From an uncultured delta proteobacterium (GTDB lineage: Bacteria > Desulfobacterota > Syntrophia > Syntrophales > UBA5619): a stretch of 64,000 nt of DNA. Positions 10,765-20,517 of this stretch are shown piece after piece; position 1 is the first letter of the stretch, and each line of letters opens with the position of its first letter. A program made the translations under genes and the position numbers. Where the stretch lies: assembly GCA_963817385.1 (NCBI GenBank), contig CAWFOM010000005.1, positions 288,001-352,000 on the forward strand. Reading direction: 5' to 3'. The notes below the pieces were generated by a model, which made no database searches, was not told where the DNA came from, and saw only the letters and a program-made list of their open reading frames with translations.

Positions 10765-11424
10765 ATGATGATCAGAACTCTGATATTCTTATTTGTCATC
10801 TCCTTTTTCTTCATCATGGTGCAGATCGATTTGCTGGTTTTGGCTTTCGTCAAGATCGGAATTCCACCCCATTACGTCTTTACCGCCCTCTATGCGACGC
10901 TGGCCGGCAGCTTAATCAACATACCGGTGAAAAAGATTCCTCAGGAAGCGATGACCACAGAAAGACGGATCAATTACTTCGGTTTCACTTACACGATTCC
11001 CGTGCCGAAGCAAAACATGACTGTCATAGCGGTAAATGTGGGCGGTGCAATCATCCCGGTCCTCATTTCCCTCTACCTTCTATCGGCATCAGGCCTCTAC
11101 GTCAAATCGCTCATTGCCACCGCCTTGTTGACATTGATAACCTATCGCATGGCCAAACCCCTCCCGGGCATCGGCATCACCCTTCCGTTTTTCATGCCGC
11201 CACTGCTGGCGGCCATGATTTCCATCATCCTGTCATACAATCATGCGCCGGTCATTGCCTACATCTCCGGAACGCTTGGCACCCTAATCGGCGCGGATAT
11301 CCTGCACCTGAAGGAGATTTACGGATTGGGAGCACCGGTCGCTTCCATCGGCGGCGCGGGGACATTCGATGGAATTTTTCTCAACGGGATTCTCGCGGTG
11401 ATACTTTCCGCATTCCTGATTTGA
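10765..11424 (+). CDS. DUF1614 membrane protein
   Basis: GSLINIP, IAVNVGGAIIP, GTLIGADI, SIGGAGTFDGIFL. Confidence 0.88.
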   Translation: MMIRTLIFLFVISFFFIMVQIDLLVLAFVKIGIPPHYVFTALYATLAGSLINIPVKKIPQEAMTTERRINYFGFTYTIPVPKQNMTVIAVNVGGAIIPVLISLYLLSASGLYVKSLIATALLTLITYRMAKPLPGIGITLPFFMPPLLAAMISIILSYNHAPVIAYISGTLGTLIGADILHLKEIYGLGAPVASIGGAGTFDGIFLNGILAVILSAFLI

Positions 11425-11479
11425 AAGCCATTGCGGCCTTAATCAACGGTAGATTCGGAACGACAAACAGGGCGGCACC

Positions 11480-12025
11480 ATGAATAACAAGAAATACATG
11501 GTTACGATAACCGTCATCATTGCGGCATATATTCTAATCGGGGGAGGAATCCTTCCTCTCATCGACAAATCATCTGTGTGCGGAGAGACAAAGAGCACCC
11601 AACCGTCGAAAACCACCATCTCCAAAATCCCCAGTTTCGCAGTCAGATCCAAAATACCCGCCGCCGGCAAACAAGGCCCGCCCGCTGAAGCTGCCACACT
11701 CATCGGCAACTGGCAAAAAGGAGAGAATCTCTTTGCAAAAAATTGTCGGCCCTGTCACGGCCCGCGGGGTACGGATAACGTGTCCAATCCGGGCTCCAGT
11801 GATGGCACCGTGCCGCCGCTCAATCCTATTGATCCCGAACTTGCCAATAAGAACCCGTCAGTCTTTGCTGGTAATATCGACCGCATCGTTCAGCATGGCT
11901 CAATCCCCGACGGTTCTAATCCCACACTATTCATGCCGAACTGGGAAGATAGTAAAAACCTCTCCCAACGGGATATCGCCGACCTTGAAGCTTACATCAT
12001 GCACCTCAATGGAATTGCCAGGTAG
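11480..12025 (+). CDS. Membrane-anchored monoheme cytochrome c
   Basis: N-terminal TM, CRPCH, distal MP, DIADLEAYI helix. Confidence 0.85.
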   Translation: MNNKKYMVTITVIIAAYILIGGGILPLIDKSSVCGETKSTQPSKTTISKIPSFAVRSKIPAAGKQGPPAEAATLIGNWQKGENLFAKNCRPCHGPRGTDNVSNPGSSDGTVPPLNPIDPELANKNPSVFAGNIDRIVQHGSIPDGSNPTLFMPNWEDSKNLSQRDIADLEAYIMHLNGIAR

Positions 12026-12310
12026 ATTTTCCTTATCATATAACTCCTGTTTTCTCCTCATTGTATTCAGTGGCTGCATCCGCTAGATAACGATAAACCA
12101 TATCAGTTCATTCGGAGGTGTCACAATGGCAGTCAACGGCGTCAGCCACCTGGATAAAAAGAAGACGGTGGTTCTGCAGATCGCACCGGAGACGGGATGC
12201 TTGTCTCATGACATGGGGCCTCTGGCCGCGTACACGTTTACACTACGGTATCAGCAGCGAATCTGTTGAGAATATTGATGATAAAATCGGTACGAAGGAA
12301 GGATACGGTA

Positions 12311-12550
12311 ATGACCTATTCATTTGCATGTCCTGTCCCCTGCAAGCGAGAGATCAAGGTTGACGCAAATGATAATCTCGATGCTGTCGACAAGATTATC
12401 GTGGCAGGAGCTATGAGCTGCCGTAATAAAGACAATCAATGCAGTTGTAAACAAGCTTATTTGAACATGCCCCCAATACCGGTCGAAGAGTTGCGACGTA
12501 TCGTGAGCTTATGCATGCGGGAAGAGTGCAATGAAACCCTTCGGTGCTGA
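12311..12550 (+). CDS. Small Cys-rich hypothetical protein
   Basis: AAGGA RBS; 79 aa with CPVPC, CRN, CSC and terminal Cys residues. Confidence 0.6.
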   Translation: MTYSFACPVPCKREIKVDANDNLDAVDKIIVAGAMSCRNKDNQCSCKQAYLNMPPIPVEELRRIVSLCMREECNETLRC

Positions 12551-12638
12551 TGATATGGTGAACGGCTTCATAGGATGCGGCACTGACGATGTGAGCAATC
12601 TGTAGATTTGTACCGTATTGTTTATCTGGTGATGAGAG

Positions 12639-12848
12639 GTGACAAGCATGAACCAGAACATAAGCGATTTGATCAGCCGCATCAAAGGTGCACGCACTGA
12701 ACAATACTGGTGTCCCATCAAGCACGCTCGGCGTATCCGGGATGCCCATGACCATTACAGCAGCTTTTTTGAGTTTGGGGACGCCGAGAGTTTTGCCATG
12801 GGATTGGATCGATTGCGGAAGGAACTTGAGAAGCATGAGGCAATATAA
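12639..12848 (+). pseudogene. C-terminal fragment of conserved 'ARTEQYWCPIKHA' protein
   Basis: Recognisable motif, N-terminal part absent. Confidence 0.5.
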
Positions 12849-12962
12849 CTGGCGGGAAAGTGAACGGTGTGATGGAAGTTGATCTCGCTGGACGGTTGCA
12901 GGTAGGGCTAACTCCTATGGTCAATAAGGTTGCTGGGATCCGATTTTATGGAGCAGGCATCT

Positions 12963-13565
12963 ATGAATGACAAGCGCCACGACATAACCGGCGTCATTCT
13001 GGTCGGCGGGAAAAGTTGCCGAATGGGCCGCGACAAGGCCTTCTTGCATATTGCCGGGAAGACCTTCTTCGAACGAGTGCTGGAAATATTAGGGGAAGGA
13101 CTTGACCGGCTCATGCTGGTGGGCGACCACCCGGAGCGTTTCGCCGGTTATGGCCTCCCCATTTTACCCGATATCTATCCGGGTAGTGCCCTTGGTGGGC
13201 TCTATACCGCGCTTTACCATGCTGAAACCAAGTACATCTTTGCCTCCTCCTGTGATATCGCTTTTCCCAACAGTAAGGTACTCCACTTTCTCTGTTCGCT
13301 CCGGGTCGGTTTCGACGCCGTCGTGCCGCAGTCGGTGCACGGATGTGAACCGCTCTTCGCTCTTTATGCCAAGAGCTGCCTCAGGCCGATGAAGAACCTT
13401 TTGGAAAGCGGCAATATGCGCATCAGGGATTTTTTTCCTCAGATCTTGGTCAGATATGTGCAACGTGGAGAACTGGCTTGTTTCGACAGGGAAGAAAGAT
13501 CTTTCGTAAATGTTAATACGCCGGAGGATTTTAGAAAAATCAAATTAGCAATAGGTCAAACATGA
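12963..13565 (+). CDS. mobA: Molybdenum cofactor guanylyltransferase
   Basis: ILVGGKSCRMGRDKA, CD, EPLFALY, NVNTPED. Confidence 0.9.
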   Translation: MNDKRHDITGVILVGGKSCRMGRDKAFLHIAGKTFFERVLEILGEGLDRLMLVGDHPERFAGYGLPILPDIYPGSALGGLYTALYHAETKYIFASSCDIAFPNSKVLHFLCSLRVGFDAVVPQSVHGCEPLFALYAKSCLRPMKNLLESGNMRIRDFFPQILVRYVQRGELACFDREERSFVNVNTPEDFRKIKLAIGQT

Positions 13566-13671
13566 CGTTTGCCAACGGTATCACATCAGGAGATGAAGGG
13601 AGTCTGCAATATTGGCACTTGCCATAATGTCATTCGGTGCATCTCCCTTGTGGATCCGGCCCGACATGCAG

Positions 13672-16125
13672 CTATGCCACCGCTAGCCGTTCGATCATTG
13701 CCACCTTCACGGCGTCATTCACAACGAGGCAGGAGACCATCGCATAGGCGAAAATTACGAGTGTCTGCCACCAAGGCAACGGCAGGAGCCCTGGGAGACC
13801 GACAAGCGTCAGAGCAGTGCCCACAAGCGCATCCGCCGTGAGGGCCGCCATGAGAGTTTTACTGGGCATAGTGTTCCAAAACCAATGTCGCTCTCTCGCA
13901 GACACGATAGAAAAAACGGCCATGTCGAGGAGGGTCAGAAAGCTGAAGGTGTAAAGGGCATTGTCATTCGCCGCCAGGCCGAAATGTGCCCAGCCGATCC
14001 ACAAGAGGAGGAGCGCCTCCGCCACCATCGCGACGCCCAGGACCACGGACACCGTGATGAACCCCCCGATGTTCCACGTCTCCGGCTTCCTGGAGGGTCG
14101 CACGTGGTCGGTGGCGAGGGCGATCTTGGCGAAGTCCGTCATGAAGACCAAGAGCAGCATCGCAAACGCGGAGACGACGAACTTCCCGGTCGCCACGAAC
14201 GCTATGGCTACGAAGGCCGCCTTAAGGATCGTCCGGCTGATCTTGTTGATGATCCACGTCAGGATGCGCTGGTAGATCGTCCGTCCCTGCTCGACCAACG
14301 CCACGATGTTCGTCAGCCCCGGTTCGGTCAGGACTACGCTGGCGGCGCCCTTGGCGACATCGGTCGCAGTGCTGACGGCTATGCCCACTTCGGCTTGGCG
14401 CAGGGCGGGCGCATCGTTGACGCCGTCGCCCGTCATGCCGGTCACATGTCCCGCGGCCTGCAGGTGCTGCACCACGATGTATTTGTCCTCCGGATACACT
14501 TCCGCGAAACCGTCTGCGCCCGCCAACAAGTCAACTGCCTCATTGCCGGTCTGAACGTTCGCCGTCTTCAGGTCCGACACGCGTCGGATGTTTCGCAACC
14601 CGACCCCTTGCGCTATTTCACGCGCGACCGCCAGCGCGTCGCCGGTGAGCATCTTCACCGGAACGCCGAGGTCGCGAAGTGCAGCGATAAGTTGTTTGGC
14701 GTCCGGCCGGGGCGGATCAACCAACGTCACCAGGCCGAGCAATGCGGGGGCGCCCGTCTCGGTGCCGCGCGCCACTGCCAGCGTCCGATATCCCTTCAGG
14801 GCCGATTCGCCGACCATCGCCTCCAACGCTTCGATCGCCGGGGGCTCAAGTCCGCAGGCTTGGGCGACGGTTCGTACGGCGCCCTTCATCACGCGCAGTC
14901 GCTGCCCGTTTAGTTCGACCACGGCTTCCGTCCGCCGGTTCTTTGCATCGAACGGTGTAAAGGCGACGGGGGCGACCTTGGGAAGGCCGTCGAAAACATG
15001 CCGCTCTTTTGCCGCGGCGAGAAACGCTAGGTCAATCGGATCCTGGTTGGCTTCCTGGGACGCGAGCGTGCCGGCGAACAGCACATCAGATTCCGTCGCA
15101 TTTCCCAGCGGGATCACGCCGGTGACGGCCAGTTGGTTCATCGTGATCGTGCCCGTCTTGTCCACACAGAGCACGTCCATCGTCGCGGCATCCTCCGCGG
15201 CGCTGAGGCGGGTGACCAGGACGCCGCGCTTCGCGAGCTCCTTCGATCCGAAGGCCATGCTGACCGTGAACATGACGGGGAGGGCGACCGGCACCGCGCT
15301 CATCAGCAAGACGAGCATGAGTGGGATCATTTCGAGAAGGGGCACGTGGCGGATCAGCGACAGGACAATTACTACGCCCAAGAGCGCGCCGACGATGACG
15401 AAGAGCCAGCGGACGACCTTGGCCACCACCGCTTCGATGTGAAGTTTCGGTCGCGCCTCCTGAACGAGTTCCGTCGTGCGGCCGAAGTAGGTCTGCGCCC
15501 CGGTCAGCATCACCACGCCGTTGCCTTCTCCCTGACGAACGACCGATCCCGACGAGAGCACTCCGCCTGGGGCTATATCAACATCCATCGACTCGCCGGT
15601 GAGGGCTGACTGGTCGACGCTCAACGCGCCGATGAGGAGTTTCACGTCCGCCGGAATGATGTCGCCGGGGCGTACGCGGACGATGTCGCCGGGGACCAGT
15701 TCCCGGGCGGGAATGACCTGCCATTTTGCGTCGCGCAGCACGCGGGCGCTGACCTGCAATCTTCTCCGCAGCGTTTCGACGACGCCGGCGGCTCGATGCT
15801 CTTGCGCAAAGCTCAAGACAGCATTGACGACCAGCAGCGCGCTTACTACGGCGAGATCCGAGTATTTCCGGAGGACGGCCGACAAGACCATGATCAGTTC
15901 GAGCATCCACGCCGACACGCCCCAGAATTTCCCGAGAAATTTGAGGAGAGGGTGCCCTCGTCGCTCGGTCACCTCGTTGAAGCCATGCTCCTTCCGGCGG
16001 GTATCCACCTCCGCATGTGTGAGACCTGTATCGGGGTTCACGTGGAGCGCCGCGAGCGTGTCGGAAAACGACGCGGAGGCGATGTCGGGTCCCTTCTTAG
16101 TGGATGGCAACGAATGCAAGCTCAT
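13672..16125 (-). CDS. Plasma-membrane proton-efflux P-type ATPase (P3A-like)
   Basis: TGES, AVPVALP, DKTGT, KGA, MLTGD, TGDGVNDAPAL, DHV; GGAGG RBS. Confidence 0.9.
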   Translation of the reverse strand: MSLHSLPSTKKGPDIASASFSDTLAALHVNPDTGLTHAEVDTRRKEHGFNEVTERRGHPLLKFLGKFWGVSAWMLELIMVLSAVLRKYSDLAVVSALLVVNAVLSFAQEHRAAGVVETLRRRLQVSARVLRDAKWQVIPARELVPGDIVRVRPGDIIPADVKLLIGALSVDQSALTGESMDVDIAPGGVLSSGSVVRQGEGNGVVMLTGAQTYFGRTTELVQEARPKLHIEAVVAKVVRWLFVIVGALLGVVIVLSLIRHVPLLEMIPLMLVLLMSAVPVALPVMFTVSMAFGSKELAKRGVLVTRLSAAEDAATMDVLCVDKTGTITMNQLAVTGVIPLGNATESDVLFAGTLASQEANQDPIDLAFLAAAKERHVFDGLPKVAPVAFTPFDAKNRRTEAVVELNGQRLRVMKGAVRTVAQACGLEPPAIEALEAMVGESALKGYRTLAVARGTETGAPALLGLVTLVDPPRPDAKQLIAALRDLGVPVKMLTGDALAVAREIAQGVGLRNIRRVSDLKTANVQTGNEAVDLLAGADGFAEVYPEDKYIVVQHLQAAGHVTGMTGDGVNDAPALRQAEVGIAVSTATDVAKGAASVVLTEPGLTNIVALVEQGRTIYQRILTWIINKISRTILKAAFVAIAFVATGKFVVSAFAMLLLVFMTDFAKIALATDHVRPSRKPETWNIGGFITVSVVLGVAMVAEALLLLWIGWAHFGLAANDNALYTFSFLTLLDMAVFSIVSARERHWFWNTMPSKTLMAALTADALVGTALTLVGLPGLLPLPWWQTLVIFAYAMVSCLVVNDAVKVAMIERLAVA

Positions 16126-16193
16126 GCACCTCCAGTCATTGGCGCCGCTCAACGCATGACGAGATTTCACCGTGTCAAGCCGACATAAAAAAT

Positions 16194-17348
16194 TCAATTC
16201 GAACGCACGATAGGCTTGCCACCGACTGTGCCGGGCTTGGTGATTGCGCCCCCGGATGCCAGCATTAGCGCGTTCAGCCAGAATACCGGGAACAACCCGA
16301 GCAACGACCCAATTGACCCAAACAGGACCGGGACGATCACTCGTGTCAATTGATTTACGGTGACCCGCAAGCCCATCGCCTCGCCGGATCGGCCCTCTGT
16401 GGAGGTGCTGAAGGTCTGCATCAGAGTGATCGGCATCCCACAGCCCATACCAAGACCGAATATAAAAGAAATTAGCGCGAGCACCACAGCGCTCTTAAAC
16501 AACGGCATCAGCAACAAGCTTGTCGCTCCTAAGAATAATGCGTAGGCAAGCACCTTGCCCTCGGTTAGACGGGCAATGAGAAGCGGTAGGATCAGCCGCA
16601 CAACGAATCCCGCCACGGCGAACACGGCAAGAACGATGCCGATAGCGGAAGCGGACAATCCAATACTGTGTCCGTAAATCGGCAAATAGAACTGGAACAG
16701 ATCGGTGCCGGTCACAACCAGGCTGCTGGTAACCAGTACACGCCAAAGACCGGAGCCTGCCAACAGATCTCGAATGCTTCCCTTTGGTGTAGCATTGCGC
16801 GTGCCTTTTGGAAGCGCCCCACCCCAGATCACGAGCATAGCGACCGCCATAAGAGATATCAGAGCGATGTACAGGCAAGTGACGGCATAACCCGAATGAT
16901 CAATCGAAAATCCCGAAAGCAGCGGACCGAGAAAAATGGCTGCGGACATCACTAAGCTGAAATTGCTGAAATTTACAGAACGGTTATGCGGGTTGCTTAA
17001 AAGTCCCACCAGGTTCTGCAGGCATACATTGGTAAAAGCATGCAAAAGGCCGTACATCGCTGATGCAACAAAAAAAGCGGGTAATCCCGGCATGTAATAT
17101 GGCATCAGCATGCCACAAGTGCCGCAAACTGCGCCAAATATAAGCGGCCAGCGAGACCCAAAGCGATCGGCAAGTCTGCCAACTTGCCAAGAAAGCAGCA
17201 TCGGGAATACCGCATACGTAGCGGAAAGGACGCCGACAGTAAATGGCTGCGCACCGAGTTTTAGAGCATAAAGCGCAAGCAACACTTGGGCGGCTTTCAT
17301 GCTCGTGCCGCTCAACAACATCAGGGCAAAAATAAAATAGATGGGCAT
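16194..17348 (-). CDS. MFS transporter
   Basis: About 12 hydrophobic segments, motif A GRLADRFGSR. Confidence 0.9.
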   Translation of the reverse strand: MPIYFIFALMLLSGTSMKAAQVLLALYALKLGAQPFTVGVLSATYAVFPMLLSWQVGRLADRFGSRWPLIFGAVCGTCGMLMPYYMPGLPAFFVASAMYGLLHAFTNVCLQNLVGLLSNPHNRSVNFSNFSLVMSAAIFLGPLLSGFSIDHSGYAVTCLYIALISLMAVAMLVIWGGALPKGTRNATPKGSIRDLLAGSGLWRVLVTSSLVVTGTDLFQFYLPIYGHSIGLSASAIGIVLAVFAVAGFVVRLILPLLIARLTEGKVLAYALFLGATSLLLMPLFKSAVVLALISFIFGLGMGCGMPITLMQTFSTSTEGRSGEAMGLRVTVNQLTRVIVPVLFGSIGSLLGLFPVFWLNALMLASGGAITKPGTVGGKPIVRSN

Positions 17349-17378
17349 CGGACGCTCAGTTCTTAAGTTTGGTGTGTC

Positions 17379-17420
17379 GGCGCGAGGGCCCTGCGGGGTC
17401 CGCACCAGGGCGCCCAGAAA
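17379..17420 (-). repeat. 42-bp thioredoxin active-site remnant (copy of 5595..5636)
   Basis: 40/42 identity; reads FWAPWCGPRRALA. Confidence 0.8.
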
Positions 17421-17431
17421 ATTCCCCCTCG

Positions 17432-17445
17432 TTGATTCAGATCAA
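17432..17445. promoter_or_regulatory. FNR-type box
   Basis: TTGAT-TCAG-ATCAA; 19/21 match with flanks to the reverse complement of the 5821-5841 site. Confidence 0.65.
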
Positions 17446-17615
17446 TGACTCTTCGCACAGTGGAGTGTATTCATGGAGCCGACACTAGAATTTTATTTAG
17501 CACGGGGCTCGGTGGGAAACAAACCAAATTTCACGGTTGCACGGCAAATACCTTGCCCCGCCGTACGGCATGGGGGATGAACCCTCGGGGAATTTTCATA
17601 ACCGTTACTGCCGGG

Positions 17616-17667
17616 TGATTACCATGACCGTCTTTGACAATGCAGAGGGATCATGGGATAATTTCAT
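17616..17667 (+). repeat. 52-bp promoter cassette copy 2 (copy 1 at 4113..4164)
   Basis: 49/52 identity; TTGACA 17634-17639, GATAAT 17657-17662. Confidence 0.85.
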
Positions 17668-17713
17668 TACACCGGCATTGACCAAGGCAATACATCTCCA
17701 AGGAGGAATGAAT

Positions 17714-17908
17714 ATGAAAATGGAACGGTATATCAGAGCCATTGCCGGCAGCTTTGTTCTGATTTCCCTGCTGCTGGCCTACTTTCACAGCCGTTACTGG
17801 CTGTTGTTCACCGCTTTCGTCGGACTCAACCTTTTGCAGTCCGCCTTCACAAAGTGGTGCCCGATGGAAACATTTCTGGAAAAGCTGGGCGTCCCGCGCA
17901 GCTGCTGA
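17714..17908 (+). CDS. DUF2892/YgaP-like small membrane protein
   Basis: ERYIRAIAG, FVGLNLLQSAFTKWCPM. Confidence 0.88.
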   Translation: MKMERYIRAIAGSFVLISLLLAYFHSRYWLLFTAFVGLNLLQSAFTKWCPMETFLEKLGVPRSC

Positions 17909-17921
17909 ATCAGGAGGCCAC

Positions 17922-19319
17922 ATGGAAACGACAGGCAATAAGACAGGCACGGGGAGGAGATATGGCATCGCCTTCGTTTTCCTGGTGATCTCTCTTCTGT
18001 CCGTGATGGTGGAAACAGGGATGGCCGCGGAAGCACGGCTCACCCTTTCCCAGGCCGTGAAAGCGGCCCTGGAAAACAACCATGAACTCAACGCGCAGAG
18101 GAATTCCCATGCCGCGAAGCAGGCGGATGTGGGCATCGCCCGCAGTTATCTCCTCCCCAAAATATCCCTGGAAGAGCGATATCTCAGAACGGTCAACCCC
18201 ACGTATGCCTTCATGACCAAACTCAACCAGGAACGGATTGCAGTGACCGACTTTGCACCCGACTCGCTGAACCGCCCCGAGGCCGTCAATGACTTTCAGA
18301 CCGCCCTTTCCATCGAACAGCCCTTATTCGCGAGAAAGGCCGACATCGGCCTGGAGATGTCCAAAAAGGAGGTGGAGGCCTCGGAAGAGGCGCTGCAGAG
18401 GAAAAGGGAAGAGATCGCCTTCCGGGTGGTCCAATACTACCTGATGGCGGGCACCGCCGCAGGCTACGTCACGGTCGCCCAAAGGGCACTGGAGGATGCG
18501 CGGGAGCATCAGCGGCTCGCTGAGGCAAGATACACGGCGGGGCTGGGGCTTTACTCCGATACCTTGCGGGCCGCCACGGCGGTGGCGGACGCCGGGCAGA
18601 AACTGGTCAGCGCCGAAAAGAATCTCCGGGTGGCAAAAAGGGCCCTTGGCCTCATGACCGGCTCCGCGGAGGCGGTCGAGGTGAACGATGAGACGACCGC
18701 CCTGCCGCTTCGGGAGATCGAATATCTGCGGGGGCAATCACTCGCCAGGCGGGATGTCAAGTCGCTCGAACTGAGGAAAGAGAACGCCAAGAATTCCGTG
18801 AAGCTCGCTGAAGCGGGCTATTTCCCGTTCCTGGGCGTGGGCGGCAGCTATCAGTTGAACGACCACAACAAACCCCTGGGCAGCGAAGGCGATAGCTGGC
18901 AGGTGATGGCCTTCCTTAAATGGGAACTCTTCGACGGCACAAAACGGAAGCATGAAAAGGCCAAGGCCAGGTATCAGGTCTCGGAGGCGGAAGAACACCT
19001 GGAAGGCATGAAGAAAATGGTCTCCTTCCAGGTTGACGAAGCGTGGTTGACCCTGGAAGAAGCGAAAAGCAATTTGGAACTTGCCCGGAAAGCGCTCAAC
19101 ACAGCCGAAGAAGGCCGGCGGCTGGTAAAAGTCAGGTACGAAGGTTCCCTGTCGCCGATCATCGATATGCTCGACGCCCAGGTCAGCTCCGATCATGCGC
19201 GGGCCAATCTCGTGGCCAGGGAAAATGAATACAAGCTGGCGATCGCCAATCTATGTTACGCAAGCGGTACGATTATCGCGGACCTTGAGATGGAAGATCA
19301 GAAGGGGAGGACAAAATGA
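17922..19319 (+). CDS. TolC family outer-membrane efflux protein
   Basis: Signal peptide, OEP repeats, operon with MFP and RND. Confidence 0.9.
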   Translation: METTGNKTGTGRRYGIAFVFLVISLLSVMVETGMAAEARLTLSQAVKAALENNHELNAQRNSHAAKQADVGIARSYLLPKISLEERYLRTVNPTYAFMTKLNQERIAVTDFAPDSLNRPEAVNDFQTALSIEQPLFARKADIGLEMSKKEVEASEEALQRKREEIAFRVVQYYLMAGTAAGYVTVAQRALEDAREHQRLAEARYTAGLGLYSDTLRAATAVADAGQKLVSAEKNLRVAKRALGLMTGSAEAVEVNDETTALPLREIEYLRGQSLARRDVKSLELRKENAKNSVKLAEAGYFPFLGVGGSYQLNDHNKPLGSEGDSWQVMAFLKWELFDGTKRKHEKAKARYQVSEAEEHLEGMKKMVSFQVDEAWLTLEEAKSNLELARKALNTAEEGRRLVKVRYEGSLSPIIDMLDAQVSSDHARANLVARENEYKLAIANLCYASGTIIADLEMEDQKGRTK

Positions 19320-20479
19320 ACGCAACGACCTCAGAAAATGGGCGACAGAAATACCCGAGGCGGCACCCGCTGCCCCTCTTTTTTCTGATTGCGGCCGCAG
19401 CCCTTTCCCTGATCGGATGCGGCGACAAGGTTACGCCGGGCAACACCCAGGTAAAGCGGCAGACGATAAGCGGCGTATCGATCGTCACGCTTGCACCCAC
19501 ACCGGTAGATGAATTTACCGAAGCCACGGGAACGGTCAGGGCCGCCAACACCAGTTACGTGGCGAGCCGCATGATGGGTACGGTCACCTCCCTTCTGGTA
19601 AAAGAGGGCGACATCATAGAGAAGGGCCAGCTCCTCCTGACGATCGACGACCGGGATATTCTCCAGAAGGTGAGAGCGGCCGAGGCGGGCCATCAGGAGG
19701 CGATCAAGGCCCTGGAGTCGGCAAAACAGAACCGCGAACTCACCGACATCACGTACCGGCGTTACAAAACAATGTATGAGGAAAAGGCCATCTCCCGGCA
19801 GGAGATGGACCAGTTCGAAACGCAGAAAAAGGTGGCTGTTTGGGAATATGAGCGCGTGCAAGAGATGGTGAACCGGGCTTCAGCAGGTCTTTCCGAGGCA
19901 AAGATCTATCTGGATTTTACCCGGGTAACCTCCCCACTCCAGGGGCTTGTTACAGAAAAGAAGATCGAGGCCGGCAGCATGGCTGTGCCCGGCATGCCGC
20001 TCCTCACGGTGGAAAACACCGCTGCCTACCATGCGGAAATCACGGTCGATGAAAGCCTCTCCGGCAACCTTAAGCCAGGCATGCCGGTCATGGTATCGAT
20101 AGAAGCGATCAAACGTCGCCTAATGGGGAAGATTACGGAGATCCTTCCGGCGATCGATCCTCAGTCGCGCTCCTTCACGGCAAAAGTCTCCGTAAGCGGC
20201 CCGGGACTCAGGAGCGGCCTTTACGCCAAGGTAACAATCGCGCACGGGAAAAAAGAGGCCCTCCTGGCGCCGAAGGCCGCTATCGTCGAAAAAGGACAAT
20301 TGACCGGCGTCTATGCCGTGGACGGCCAGGGGATCGTAACCTACCGCCTCGTCAGGACCGGCAAGGAGTACGCCGGCAATTGGGAGATACTGTCGGGACT
20401 GAAACCAAATGACCGGATCATCGTTCAGGGCGTGGAAAAGGCCGTGGACGGCGGCATCATGGAAAACGGGAAGAAATAG
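19316..20479 (+). CDS. RND efflux periplasmic adaptor (MFP)
   Basis: Lipobox LIGC, lipoyl halves VKEGD and SPLQG, GLKPND. Confidence 0.92.
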   Translation: MNATTSENGRQKYPRRHPLPLFFLIAAAALSLIGCGDKVTPGNTQVKRQTISGVSIVTLAPTPVDEFTEATGTVRAANTSYVASRMMGTVTSLLVKEGDIIEKGQLLLTIDDRDILQKVRAAEAGHQEAIKALESAKQNRELTDITYRRYKTMYEEKAISRQEMDQFETQKKVAVWEYERVQEMVNRASAGLSEAKIYLDFTRVTSPLQGLVTEKKIEAGSMAVPGMPLLTVENTAAYHAEITVDESLSGNLKPGMPVMVSIEAIKRRLMGKITEILPAIDPQSRSFTAKVSVSGPGLRSGLYAKVTIAHGKKEALLAPKAAIVEKGQLTGVYAVDGQGIVTYRLVRTGKEYAGNWEILSGLKPNDRIIVQGVEKAVDGGIMENGKK

Positions 20480-20517
20480 AAAGTGGGCAAGCAGGAACCT
20501 GCCGGGGAGACACCATC

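Noticed and set aside
12126..12269. 47-aa ORF with GGAGGT RBS ending in Cys-TGA
   Set aside because: No SECIS-like hairpin or recognisable motif seen
17900..17921. DUF2892 gene ending Cys-TGA as possible Sec read-through
   Set aside because: Protein is already full length for the family and the TGA is followed directly by the tolC RBS
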